From Thalia democratica (taxonomy: Eukaryota): a stretch of 64,000 nt of DNA. The notes beneath the pieces are model-generated. The model was given only the letters and a program-made list of their open reading frames with translations. It did not search any database and had not been told where the DNA came from. Made by a program: the position numbers and the translations under genes. This document shows positions 25,613 to 40,600 of the stretch, piece by piece. The stretch spans positions 56,358,001-56,422,000 of the forward strand of contig OZ241832.1 of the NCBI GenBank assembly GCA_965202585.1, read 5' to 3'. How positions within the stretch are numbered: the stretch's first letter is position 1; each line of letters starts with the position of its first letter.

Positions 25613-28600
25613 CTGTTGATTGATAAAAATTAATATTTAATAATGAATATTAATAAATTAACTTTTAATAATATTGATATTAATTAATAAACCAACTAGT
25701 TTAGGAATTGTAAAAAGCATCATCTTTTAAATATGATAAAGTGGAAAAAAGCATTGCTGTTGTGGAATTAAATAAAATTTAGTAAAATTAATTAACAGCT
25801 AATTGAAAAAAATAGTCCTGAGACTGTATAAAAGTTTTAGAAAATTAAAAAAAGTTTTACTGGTTTAAAAATATTTTTGTTTGCTTAAAAAAACTAAGTT
25901 GTATATATTTTTGTAACTGACCAGTGAGTTTCTCAAAAGCGTATTTTCTCGCTTTGCCTTGCGCGAATTTGGCTTGATTGCAGAAAGGTCCAAGCAATAT
26001 GTTTGCATCTGAAATAAAAGAATAAATTAATTATTATAAACGTATAAAAGATTAGTAGTTCTCAAATTAAACTGAATAACGACTGATAGTCAAACGATCC
26101 GCTAAAAACACATTTTTCTTTTAAGTTCTATTTTAAGTAAGACACTTAGAATTTCAAAAAAAGTGAAGTTTTATTTTATTATACACGGTGAGGAAAAATA
26201 AAACTTAAAAAATACTTTTATTTATTTATATAGCACAAAAACCGACCAATTTTACTGCAGATGTTTTCGACGACCTGCTTGGCGAGGTTGTGGTACTTGC
26301 TGACGGTGAGTTTCAGAAGAGGGGGAATTATGTTGTTGATGCTGGTTTCCTTCCACACACTGGTGTGAGCTTGCATCAGCACGTTGAAGTTCTCCAGCGC
26401 CAGCAGGTTCGCCTTGCTGTTGCTAGTTGTCAGCAGCGTGGAGAAAACTTCCAATACCTGTAGGTTGTTTTCAATTTGTTAAAAATGTTTACAGAAGCTT
26501 AACATATGTGAAATATTTTATGTTAAATCGTTGTGAGTGTAAATAGTCAAATACAACTTATTTTGAAATGAGTTTTATAAAAAAATATTTAAAACATACA
26601 ATGTAAAGAATACATCGACATACTTATATACATATAGTAATAAATTAGTACAAAAAAAAATAATGCTAATAAAACTTGTATAATATTGGATTTGTGTTAA
26701 TTTCAGCCAAAATTAAAATGTTATAAAACATTAAATAAGTTAAAGTGGTTATGATAACGTTAAATAAAACTTTACTTTTAACAATTAAAACTTTTAAAAA
26801 TACAAACTTTTTTGAACGAATCCTCGTTGAAGCTGTTGATATTTTTCTGAAATTTGGTCAGAAGGTCGTTGAATGCCTCCTTTTTGCTCTGGAAGTCACC
26901 CTTGTTCACGCGAGACAAAATATCTTTCAAGTCTTCAGTGCTCTGTGGATGCAATTGTTGAAATTACCACAATCAAACTTACAACTTGATCTCACAAATA
27001 AATTTGAACTTTTACATTGTAAACTGATACATCAACACTTAAAGTTAAAAATTCTAAAATGCTAGTTCAAATTTATAACTTCTAAATCAAAATTATTTAT
27101 TATCTGAACGTTTTATAACATAATGCTCATTTAAAAACAGCGAATGTTGTAATTTCAAGACAACTGAAATATTTATTATATAGCAAACAAACCTGCTGAT
27201 TGATGTAGCTCATTCGGCCGCTGCTGTTCCTCCTTGAACTATTGTTTCTACTTTCCCGCATGCTGGCTCTCTTGCCTCCGATGTGCGCGCTCTTTAGTCC
27301 CTGTACATGCATATAGACTATTATTAAAAAAAGAATTAAGTTTTTTTAATTAACACTATACGAGTAAATATGATTGTGAAACTTAAACGTTAGTAAACTG
27401 AACATGTATATAGATTAGTAACACACAAGAATTAAGTGTAAATACTTTTTAATAAAAACCATAAGCTTTTAAGTCCCTGAACATATTTTTAGAACAAAAT
27501 TACAAAAGAATTAAGTTTTATTTTAATTTAAACCATACGAGTAAACAAGACTGTGAAACTTTAAGGTAAGTTTATCAAATAAGTATTAATAACATTAATA
27601 TCTAAAAAAAAAGATTTTACTAAAAATTTGAATGAAAACAATTAACTTGTTTACTATTTTACATTCATTAAAATTTATTGCTTGATAAAAATTTTTGGCT
27701 GAAATAGCTTAAAAATTAACATTTTTGAATACCACAAATTTTTTAATCATTTAAAAACAACAAATCCTCTCTTTAATCTGATGGGCGCTCTTGCTCAAAA
27801 AAATGTACCATTTTTATTGTTATAAAAATATATAAATTTATTTGTTATAGTGCCTAAAACTTTATATTCAATTGTAGTCATGTCTGAAAATAATATCAAG
27901 AACTTTTTAATTTATCAGAGTTTATTGCTTCATAAAACTTTTTGGTTGAAACAGCTTTAAAAATTAGCATTTTTGACAATCACAAAGTTTTTATCACATA
28001 TAAAAACGAACCCTCTCTTTGATCTGGTGGGCGCACTTGTTCATGGCCGACTGCTGGTTGGTATCGAGCAGGTTGTCGCAAGCCCTCCTGAACTTGACCA
28101 ACCCGTCCTCGGTGCCGATCAGCTGGTTGACTATGCACCTCCCGTGGTACCTCACGTCCTGGTGGCTGTCCACTATGAACTGCGATGTCTGTTTGGGTGT
28201 TGATGTTAGCTTGTTTATTATACGAGGCTTTTACAAAAGCAATAAAAATATAAAATATTCTACCTTTAAGTTTAAAAAAGATGTTGATAAAATGTTAAAT
28301 TTTTTGATGTTGATTTTAGCTTAATTTCAAATAGATTAATTTTATAGTATGATATTGTTTACAGTCTATATGTAATTTTTATTATTTGGATTGAGGTGTG
28401 TAGTAAACTTTCTATAAATAGTAAATGTAAAATAAACTAGCCTGGTATTTCTTAAATAAATTTTAAACTTGGTATACAACTTATACGTATGTAATTAATT
28501 ATTGTAGTGTCTTGAATAAAATAAACTAAAAAAAAGCGTGTAAAAATAAATTTACCCTGTATTTAAGTAATACATTTATAACTCACGCATTCAAAAAGCC

Positions 28601-31600
28601 TCTGTTGAAAGTCCTTGGTGTAGATTCTATCAACATTCTTTATTTTTTCACAAACAAGTTTGCTCACATAGTTGGAACATGCGCTTCTAATGTCCTTGTT
28701 TTTGTGTCTAAAAATAATAAATATTTATAATTGTGCTTAAAACATTTAATAGCATTTGTGGCTGCAATTATTTTATTATAATTTTAACCTTAATAGATTT
28801 ATTTGATTTTTGCTAGTTAACTCGTATTATTTTGATAATTTTATACTTTTTTTTAAATAAACGCTTCAAAAAATACTTCTAAAATTCAAAAAGCTACTTA
28901 ATTTTTAACTGACTTGGCCCCTATATCTAGGAGAGTGTTGAATATTTTTCTGTTTGAGCAACTGTACAACATTGCTTCTAATGTTTTGTCTATTTCCTCT
29001 CTCATGAATACGTTTGTCTTGCCATATTCAATAACCAGGGCTTTGAGGGGAAACTGAAAAAAAAAACATTAGTCAAGTTTAAGATAATCTTAACTTTTAA
29101 AACCAACTGTATTTTTATATATTGCCAGACACTAAGTATAGAAAAAAGTTAGTTAAGTAGAAAAAAACAACATTAAGAAAAAAAAATTGAATTACAAAAG
29201 CCCTGATTATTATACTCTTTATATATATGTTAAAAAATAACTTTTTAAAATAAATTGTGCATAAATTTTACTTTTAAATTCTAATAATCGAAAACTACAA
29301 TTAAAAACAATAACAAACTTCAAGGTCGATATCTGAAGTGGGCTTGCTGATATTGGTGTACAAACTGCAAAGTGTGGACACCGCTACTCTTGATACCTGA
29401 GATCTCAGGTTTGATACCTTATATCATAAAATTTAATATTTATTTAGATTTGTAATAGCAGATGTATGACTCTTCATAATTGCATAAAACGTCTATGACA
29501 AGTACTAAAGCAGCTTTAAATATTTAGAAACTCAAGATTACAAAATTAAGAAACATTTATCACTCTTACTCCTATTCAAATATTTTTGTTATTGATCAAA
29601 TGCTTAACTATTTATCAGTTATAAGCAAAAAGCAGCTAAACCAAAACTCAATCTTTAAACTTGTGATTTATATAATAATAGTGCAAAAAAGAATTAGAAA
29701 AAATCATTGGCAAAAAACCAATGAAAATACATCTTGTTTACGGAGTAGCCTTAAAATTTTTTTTAATTATTCAGAAACATTAAAAAAAATTAAAACTTTT
29801 AAACTAATTAGAATTATTATTTTACAGCATTCAAATTATAAAACGCCAACCTGTTTGCTGAGTAGCCTGACAACATTGGAATATCTGTTGACGACGACGG
29901 GGGAGTTGTTCTCGCATATACTCTGCACTTGCTTCATGCTTGATGCTATCTGTTTCCACAGCTCGTTGTCTGTAGTTTCCATCTGTGTCAACGCTTGTTG
30001 CAGGTCCTTGTCTGTTGAGAAATAACAATTACTTTAGTTCAAATTTTTTTTTTGTTTGTGAAAATAGTTATAAAAGTTTTGAAATAAAAATTATTTATTA
30101 ATATATTACATATAACCTGTTTCAGCAAATTTTAAAATTTCAAAAAGGTCTATAACTTTTAAGTCTTTACTTATAAATTTTAAACCAAAACTTTAGTTTG
30201 AATTTCTATTAAGTAGTTGAAATTTTTATCGCTTGTTTTCTATAAATGTATACAAACTAACCACTGAACGAAGCATTGGAATCTAACATGTTGTTTCCAG
30301 ATACACTCATTGAATTTTTAAATGAATCAGTCTTGTTAAGTGTTGACCTTCTGTTAGCTGTAAGAACATTTATTTGTTTAATAAAAAAATTATACAGTGG
30401 AAAGTTTAATATATAAAAAAAGTAATAGTTATATTATCAACTACAAAAAGTTAAACGTTTTATGTGTTAAAAAAAAAAAAATATTTTATTACTGCAACCT
30501 AAAAATTAAGGAACAAAAATTGAAAACTAATGTCTAAAGAAATACTACAAATAAAACTAGATCAATTTAATTAACAAACAACCTCTTTTATTGAAGTTCT
30601 TGTTGGTGCTTGGTGACCAAGTGTTCATTAATTCGTCCGAATTTTGATTTCTCATTCTGTGTTTGCTGTTGGATGGCGAAAATTGATTGCTGTACTGCAC
30701 ACCTACAAATGTGTTTGTTATTAAAATTAATAAACTTTATTATATGTTAATTACTATAATACTGTTCAAAAACCAACTTAGATTATAAATAGTTTGCATC
30801 CAAAAAAAAAGAGAATAAAATCTAGAGTTAATAATTTTTTTCCTTACTTGAATATTAATAGAGTTATTAAGTTATTATAAAGGGATAAATTTTTATATAA
30901 CAAACTGCCCAAGAATTAGCCTTCAATGTTTACTTAATAATTAATTAATACAAACCTCGTCCTTTCACGTTGATGATTTGGGGTTCGGGAGAGTCATCGT
31001 TGTTGATGCCGACCCCCACAAGTTTCATGTTGTCATTAGCAACCGTGGTTGTAAACTGCCTGCTCCTAGAAGTTTTGGGCGAAATTGACAATTCCTCCCT
31101 ACTGTTGCGCTTGTGCATGGGTGGGCGGTTCTGTAAATTGTTTAAATTAATTAAGTACTTTGTTATAGGTATAATAAAACTAATTGTTAGTAAAATTAGT
31201 TGGTTTGTTTCTAAACTTTTAATTTTCAGCTAAATAATGTTAATATTCGAATAGAAATTTTTGTGGGTTGCTGTTTTGTAAAAAAAAAACTTTTACATTT
31301 TTAACGAAAATAAACTTATATAACAGTTTTTAAATATGAAATCATTTTAGATTCGAAATATTGTGAAAAAACTTTAAGGTAACTTATTTTTTTCCTATAA
31401 CTCTCTATCAAATTTGTACTCACAGTAAACTTATCAAGGCTCTTGCATTAAAATAGTAATCGAATTTTACCAAACACATAATAATGTTTTAAGAAAACTA
31501 ACACAAAAATTGTGTTTTAATTGCACTAAAAATTTAACAAAGATGACCTACAAAAACTTTTAACAAAAAACAAATTGAAACGAGTGTTGATGCTTATTGC

Positions 31601-34600
31601 TCTCTGTGACGCGAGCGGACACAAGTGGTTATTATTATGACGTAACAATAGTGACAATAGTAGGCAAGTGTTCATATGTGCCGAACTTTCTTAATATTTT
31701 CTTGACAAGTATCAAAAAGTGCAAAGTTAGTAAATGCTGTTTTTTTTAAGGGAAAGTTTTTATTTTTTATAATTTTATTGTTGATACAACTTTTAAGATA
31801 AAATAAAATCAACTTATTAGTTGTAGAGCGCAATATGTCTTTAATTAATTTTTATAGTTACAACTTTAAAGACTTGTAAAAGTTTAAAATTTCACTGGTT
31901 TTGTAAAAACAAAAAATATACTGATGTTCTAATAAATTAGTGACTGTTCTAATAAATTAAGTAACCAAACAAACATACAACATACAATTAAATGAAGAAG
32001 TTTAACTTAAACGACATCAAAACTTACATTTATGATAGGTTGTGTTGGGGACTGGTCTATTTTGCGATGGTAATTGTTGTTTGTTTCGATCAGATTGTGG
32101 CTCGATGATTGCTTTTCACTGTTTGTGGGTGATCTGTTTAAATATAAAATGTTTATTTACATGTTCGATTGATACTGTTCCAAACATTAAAGTGGTTTTG
32201 TTAAGTGCAAAATGAAACTTTTATTCTTATTTATCTCCCCTTATGGTGTGAGAAAGTTTTGATATTAACACACTCGAGTCTAGACCTAATTCAAATAATC
32301 CACTTGAAAGGGAAAGATCTTTTTTTGTAAAAACGAGAACAAATGAAATTTAAAGATTAAATCTATCACTTCCGACAAGTAACCTTATGTGATACACAAA
32401 AAGTTATACTAAAAATGACAAAGAATAAGTAGAGTGAAAATTGTTTTGACAAAGTTAAATTTAAGTATGAGAATTCAAAAATAAAACTTGGAGTGATATA
32501 AAAAATTTAATTATAGAATATTATTTAAACTACTAGAAATAGGTTATGCATAAACACAATATAGTTACTCATAAAAAAAATATTATAAAAAATATACATA
32601 GCTTGAAAAGTAAAAAAAAAAGTATTAACTACTAGTTATAAATAAAAGAGTAGTACCAGATCAAGTAACAAACTTCACTGACCGTTTAGCAAAACTTGTT
32701 GGCTATTACTAAAAATCTGCTAACTTTTCAATATTCAACAACAAAATACCTGAAAGAAGATTGCGCAGAGTGTGTTTTGTTCCTGGTGCTCGGAACTCCG
32801 TTGCTGATATCGTTGCTTGTCGGCTGGCTTCTCAGCATCCTGGCTCGCTTGTCCTGCGCCGATCTCCTAATTGAAGCCATCGATGCCTAAATTAGGATAA
32901 AAAAGTTGTAATGATATTTTGAATACTTTATTTTCTCACTAACAAATATCAATAATATTTGTTGAATTTTCGTAAAAAGTTTAGGGGAAAACTTGATGAT
33001 GACGAAAGCATTTTTATGAAAAATAATCAAAAAGTACCCTAAACCGTATAAAATAAACGACAATTTCACAGTTGAGTAAACTAGATTTTCAATCGCTGTA
33101 GTTAAGAATTTTACTAACACGACACAATAACTGCGGATAACATGACAAAACAAATTATATTCAAACGAACATTATGCGGCATTTCGCTGTCGAAGAACGA
33201 CGGCTGCTGCGATTGTGACATCATGTTGCTTTTCACGGTGACGGGCTTGCTGGTGACATTTCTCTGCAGCGGAGAAGTGTCGCTAGGAGAAGGCGCGTGC
33301 TTCGACATCCTCGAAGATTGCGCTTCAATTGCCGATTCAACTGTTTATAAGTGTTTGTTTTATTTCGTAAAATGTGTATAATGCAGAAAAAGGTTTGAAA
33401 AAACAAAAGATAAATTTTTAAGTTGCTAACAAAAATCTAATAAATGGTTTTAACTCAAAATTAAAAACTAAATCATTAAACTTGAGGCAGTGGAGGTCTG
33501 AGACTAAGAACTAGATAAAAAACTATTAAAAATAAATAAAAAAAACCTTAGCTAAAAGCTAAATAGTATTAAAATTAAATTTTAACTAAAACAACAAAAT
33601 CAAACTCGACGCTTGCGATGTGAGGCCTGCGATGGAGTTCAAAGAATTCGATTTCTTCATCAGGACGGCGGATGGCGTGTACGAAGACTGCGATGACGTC
33701 ACCTTGTCGTCACGCGCCCTGTTGTTCCTCGTTGCCAGGGAGTGGTAGCCGGACGTCGTCATGGAAGCGTCGTCGTCGAGCAGCTTCGAGGTGCTTCCCC
33801 GCTTCGAAGAGGCTGTCGGCGACGTCAGTGCGGAAGTGAATTTCTCCGCTGACGTCATTGTGTTCTGTGATGTCATTAAAAAAATATTTCGTGAAAAATA
33901 TACAAACCTTTTTGTTAGTATCTATAATGAAAATCAACGATTATATGAAAAAATTATATGTTTACTTAAAAAAAAATAAGGCTATCATTAACTTTAAAAA
34001 ATATAATTAAATTAATATAAAATAATATATAAAAACATTAACTAGTTTTTAAAAAAAATTTCATGTAAATTCTAAATCTTTTCAGGGATGCTTTTCAGTG
34101 TTTAATTTAACCAGACTACTTTTAATTTAAAAATTGATAAATTAAATAAACAACAAACTAGATTCCTTGGTCTCTGGGACCCGTTGCTGTTGATGCTTTC
34201 GGAACTTATAATTTCCTGAGGTTTCTTGCGGTGTTTGGACGCGCTTCTGGCGAGAGCTGGTTTCGTCATTATCATGCGCGACTCCGCTTCTATAAATATA
34301 TATATTTCTATATTGAGAAAATATTACTTGAGACACTTTTTAGAGTTTCTGTAAGTATAAAATATATATAAAAATTAGCAATTATAACAGTGTTTAGTGG
34401 AAGAATACTTATTTAAACTTTTGTTTACGTCGCTCAAAGATGAAATATAGAATATGGTCTTAACATTATATTTATTTGTAGCATATTTATACTATAAATA
34501 AATAAAGAGTTGCTATAAAAACCTTAAACAAGTGTAAAACAAAAAGCTGACTTATTGAACTAAAAACATAATTTCATCATAAATTAACTTGACTTTTTGG

Positions 34601-37600
34601 TATGAACATATTTTAATTCAAAAAACGCTACAACTATAAACACTGACCGCTCATAGACTTTTCCGAGTCCTTGGGAGAAACTAAACTCTCCGACCTGGAT
34701 CTGCTGCTGCACCTGCTCTGTCTGCTGCTGACTGCTCTCGAACTCACCACTGACGCAACGCTGTCTCTCTGTGACGTAAAACTGTCTCTCTGTGACGTAA
34801 CACTGTCTCTCTGTGACGTCATACTGCCTCTGGGCGTGCTCTGAACTGAACTAGCTGGTAACTGTTCTTCTATCACGACTGTGAGAAACATGTGTGACTA
34901 TATGTACAGTTTGAGTTGTATTGTTTACTACCCTACTAAACTTTTATTCTCACTGTTCTGTACTTAAAGATGAACTAACTCATATACTTTAATCTGTATT
35001 GTAACCTCCAACCTTTTAACTAACTCTGCTAAACTTATAAGCAATCCCAAAACTAAACTTACTTTAAACAAAAGTTTTAAATACCAACAAAAAACACTAT
35101 CAACCATTTATTACATGAATATGAAAAAAAAGTTTCACAACGACTATAATTTTAATTTATCGAAAAATCAAAACAACTAACCGGAGGCGACTTTAGAGGA
35201 GAGGTTTGAGACCTGCTGGGAGATCTGAGTGTTTATGGAGGACATGCGGTTGATGGAGGAGCTCCTCAAAGGCTTGGAGGAGTCGAAGAAGGCGGAGGGC
35301 GCCGAGTCGGCGAACTTGCTGCCCGCCTCGTGTATGGAAGACGCTGAGTCGGCAATTTTGCTCGACGAGTCGTGGGCGGCGAAGGAGGGCATGTAGGAGT
35401 TCCTTCCTGTGGAAATAAATGGTGGGTTTAATATTTCTTACAAAATCTTGCAAACTTGTTGGAAATAAAATATACTTCATTTATTTTTAATACTCAACAA
35501 GTTAATTTTTCTAAATAATTCTTTCTAAATGGGCAGAATAATGCACCAGTTCAACTAAGTTTATCAGTAGTTTGCAATTATGAGGTATGAAATAGTATAA
35601 CTGTTTTTGGACATATTATTTAAACAATAGAAGACATGTTTATAAAAAAGAATCTAACGATATAAGTTCAAAATACCTTGTTTATTAGTGGGAGTTGCTG
35701 CTCCACTCAATAGTAATTGGTTGCTACTGTTACGTAATATATTACGTTTCATTTCTCTGTACTCCAATGTGGATTCCAAATCTTTATTAAATGGAGATAT
35801 GTTTGAAAATATACATATTTTTGAACATATTTGTACTAAATAACTTTGGTTGTTAAAACTATGCTTAAAGAAACCTAGTATATTATTAAAATTTATAAAA
35901 ATATCAATTTACTTTAAATTTTTGAAAATAAACTTTTTGAAAATAAACATTAAACTGATATAAAATTGATTAATCTTTTAAGTATACAAACTTAGTGAAC
36001 CATGTGGGTACTTAAAACAATTTGAGTAAAAATTTGCTATGTGTTAAATAGATCAACTATAAAAATATTACCTTGAGTACTGGACTTGTACTGGCCGAAT
36101 TCCTTGCTACCAACCAGGTCAGTGGCCCATGTCGAGTTGGCATCCGAGTTGTTGTTGTTGTGGTGCTGTCTCCTCAACGACGGTGACTGGTGACTCGACC
36201 GGATCTTTAAATTAAAATTTGTTACAAGTTTGTGCGGTTTCAATGCCTTCTGCCAATGGAACGCTTGTTTTATAAGATTTTCAAAATTTATAAAAAAAAG
36301 CGCGTTCATTGTAGGAAAAAAAGTATTTTTTTTATTAATACTCTTTTTGAACTTTATTAAAAGTAATTGCTCAGTTACAATGAGGTTGAATAAACAGTTT
36401 ATGTAAGCTAGTACTTACATTGTGTGTGTACATACAAGTCAGGTTTATAATAATTTCTCAATTAAGCCAGGAGGTCTACATACAAAACACGCACATCAAT
36501 GTACATGAAGTTTTTTTGAACGATAGACGATGTTAAACAAACAAATCAAAATTCTTTTGTAAACTGTCAGCTACTCGAAACTGAAATTCAAGTGCAGTTC
36601 TGTGTAAACTGTTACTGCTGTTTGTTGTTGTTTCGCCCTGAAGCTGCGCAAACTTCACCCACAAGTGCAAGTTTAAAATTTGTGACTTCAAAAGAAACGT
36701 TTATGTGTTGGTAAATAAAAATGTCGTTTTAATTTTCACGTGTAACAATGACTACAACGATCTCTAAGGAAAAGTGTTGTGAGTAAAACAGCTTTTTATG
36801 AAGTGTGTTTTACTTAAAGTTTTATGAAATCATAAAAAGTGTTGGTAATTTCTAAAACAATACAGTTTTTGTTATAATAAAAAATGCCACCAAGTTATCT
36901 ATGAAAAACTTAATTAAATTTTAATATCTTTTAAAGATTTTTTTCAAAACACAAGTCAAACGATAACTAAGAATTAAAATCAAAATGAAAGTAATATTAA
37001 AATAACAACAAACCTAAACCTATAAACATTCATAATTTTTCTCATTTTAAATAGGCAGTAAAATAAAATGTCTACACTATCAAAAACTAATGAATGCAAA
37101 GAAAAGGCAGATAAAAAAAAAATACTATAAAAAAACACAATGTAATTAAAAATTTATAAACAATTAGAAAAACACATTTTGTTTTAATTTACAACAAACT
37201 ACTATTTAAAATAAAAACACCTTCGCTCTGCCTTCCCCTAAAGTCTTCAGTTTTCCGCGAACCCAGAAACAGCCGAACTTGACCATTTAACTGAAAATTT
37301 TCAACCCTACCTTTAACTAAACATCACAACTTAATATGATGACAAATTAATCTTATATTTGCTGGTAATCTCATGTACAAGAGAGCAAATAAACCGGACG
37401 ATAAAGTAAATTTACCAGAACTTCAAGATGACCACTTGAATTTTTAGAGTGGAAACAAGCCTTTAATTTGGAGATAAATTTCCTGTTTATCGGTGTGTCT
37501 ATTATGACGCAACTTTTCATAACAATGACATCAAAAGCAAACTTCATTTGCTCCTCTCTCATTAAAAACAGCTTCGGTTCTGCGGACCCGCATATTAAAA

Positions 37601-40600
37601 AGTGTGTCGTAAAAAGTATGCAATAAAGCAATTAAATTTTAAACACTTGTGAAACGTTATATAACGAGCTTAATTTTTGAGAAAGAAATTAATGTTTGTT
37701 CAAGTAACGAATTGATTTATTGAAGTTTCGACTGAACAAACAAAAATAAAACGACTTTTACGTCTCAAACACCGAGCAACCACTTGATATTACAACAAGT
37801 AGTTGTATTAGTTTTATAAATTTTTAAAAACTTCGTACAATAATATTTGAACAGTTGGTTGCTGTTTAATTAAGTATTTTTGAAAAAAGTTTTAAGTAAA
37901 CAATCTTGAAAAATTTATTAAGATAAATTAAACGAAATATTTCTACTGAAAAAGTTATACTACTAAACCAGGGGTCGGCAAACTGCGGCCCGCGGGCCAC
38001 ATTAAAAGTTTTATTCATAAAGTTTAATATACTATTATTTTCGAAAACACTAAAATAAAATTTTAGTATTATATTTAAAGGATAATCTATCGCCTAAATT
38101 TTTTTTTGTTCATAAAATTGTCTTAAAATATTTTTTTTAAAGCACATAAAAAAACGTTCCTTTTTGACCTGCCGACCCCTGTACTAAACAAACAAATACA
38201 TCCAAAAACATTTGTCAATCTACGTGCCTTCTACACAAGCAGGTTAGACTTTCATACAATAACAACTTTAAAATTGCTTTAGAGGTATTTTATAAAATAC
38301 AAAGCAAGGCAAGAGAGAATAAAGAAGATACAAGCTAAATTTAAAGTTAGGCTCAAAAAGCTTTGTTTTCTTAAACGTTTCAAAGCAATGTAAACTTAAA
38401 AAAAACATGCTGTTAACAAGAATTGTTATAAAAGAAACTTTTGAAAGTTAAAAAAAAATAAAATATAAAAAACAAAATCAATTATAAAAAAAAACAAAAT
38501 CAAACCTAGCTAAGATTATAATAAAAAAAAGATTAGTTGAAATAAAAACATTGAAGAAAGTTGAAAAACCTTTTTTTTTTCAAAAAGTATACTTCTACGA
38601 TTTATTTTCAATGTTGTTGAAATATATTATACCTGTGGGGCATGTTGTGAAGAATTAATTGAAGTAAAAACATTTAAGATAGTTAGCTCAAACCAATATT
38701 TAATATTAAAACCCATTTATAAAAGTTTTTATCTTTATTTTTAACAAAACAATCAAACCTGTGGAGCGTGCTGTGAGGAGTTGTTGGAACCAATATCAAA
38801 AACCAATATCAAATTAAAGAGAGTTAGCTCCAGCCATTTTTCAATATAAAAGCCCATTTATTAAAACTAGTTTATTTTAATTTTCAAAAAAATTAAAAAT
38901 CAAACCTGTGGAGCGTACTGTGAGGAGTTGTTGGAACTCATCGCCTCACTGAAGTCCTGGTGGTTGTTGCTCGACGTCCACGGGAACATCTTGTTCGACA
39001 GTTGCTTCCTCAGCAGGTCCGCCGACTTTCTCGATTGCGGGGAATTTCCCTGCAGAGGCGGTTTCCCTTCGTTGAAGGAATTTTTGAACGGCGAACCTTT
39101 GAAAGTGAACTTTTATGTTTAATCATTGTTATTTTGTGAGGACTTATATTTAAAAACGATACATGATACTTATTTAGATTTATACAAAAAAAAGAAATAA
39201 TTTATAATGATACAAGTTGTTTAGTTTAGTATCATAAAGAAAATCATCATTGTAAGTAAGCATCAGGTGTAAATATTTAAATCAAAATAAATAAAAATAT
39301 TTTTTAACATTCAACTGACCAGGTCCCTGGAGGACTTTTTCTCTGGCGGAGTCTGTTTTGTTGAAACTGCTGTTTCTGCTGACACCGTTACTTTCGCGTG
39401 AGCTGTACGAGTTGTCCCTCGGCATGAAAACACCTTCTTGAGCTGAAAATATATAACAGGTCAGAATACAATATCAAGTTTTGTGTTAAGTATAAAATGT
39501 TTACACCAAAGGATATCACAATAAATTAGGTTTCCAATTATTACAACTTTAATAAAATATGTCCAGGTTTAGTTTATTTAAAAAAAATAAATTTGCAGAT
39601 AACTGTATATTTCTAGTTAAATACAGCTTGAAATAGTGCTCTTTAAACTACGTAAAAACAATTAAAAAAAATTTAGTAATTAAATTTTATTATAGCCATG
39701 TTCAAAAATTTTACAGATAACAACAACCAATCATATATAACAACATAAAGTATAATCTAAGATATATTCTAAATACTCACAAGAGAATTGGCATGCAGAT
39801 AATTGTTAATATATTTTTAAAAACTGCCTAATTTTTTATTTCTTTTCACTAAATATAAACTAAACATTTTTCAAAAAAAGTTGTATTTCAGTTTTTATTC
39901 TACAAGAAAATCAGGTTCTAATGATAAAATAACAAACAATCAATAACAAAACTACAAAAGTATACAACTCACAAGAGAACTGGCTCGTGTGCTGACTGAT
40001 TGGGTTGTTGGGCTGTTGAACCCATATAACGTCCGCGGTGGCGTACGATGGCTGCTTCGAATACTCCATCAGCAGGGTGGTCCGATTGAACCTAAGTATA
40101 AAAGTTGTTTGTAGTAAACAAGGATGTATAATGAATATAAACATTTTTTTAGAACATATAGTATAGACACTTCTGCCTACACTAGTTTTAGCTTTAAAAA
40201 AAATGCAACTAAAAGAAAATACTTATCAGTGAATTATGTTTACGAATGAAACAATCTAAAAACCAAGCATTTGCTTGGCAGCTTAACAACATTGAAGTGC
40301 AATTTGTTAGGCAGGTTTCATAGAAAACTATAAATATTTTTATTACAAATATCACAAATGAAAAACCAAAATTTTAAATACTGAATAAAAGTGCTTGATT
40401 TACCGACAGGTCTCGCTTTAATTCTTGGTTTCCATATAATCGTAAATAAAATAACAGTTAAATCAAACTAACTGTCTTCTGAAAAATTTGAGCTTTGTTT
40501 TTTTAATCCTTCTACCAATGGATACAAACATCTTCCTAGAGTTTTATAATCTGGGAAGATGTTTGTATCCATTGGCACAGGGCGTTAAAGAACTATTTTT

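Noticed and set aside
37221-37290. Exon-like 70-nt segment (LNGQVRLFLGSRKTEDFRGRQSE) in intron 11
   Set aside because: Inclusion alone shifts the frame to a stop in exon 12. It could be a poison or paired exon but is unsupported.
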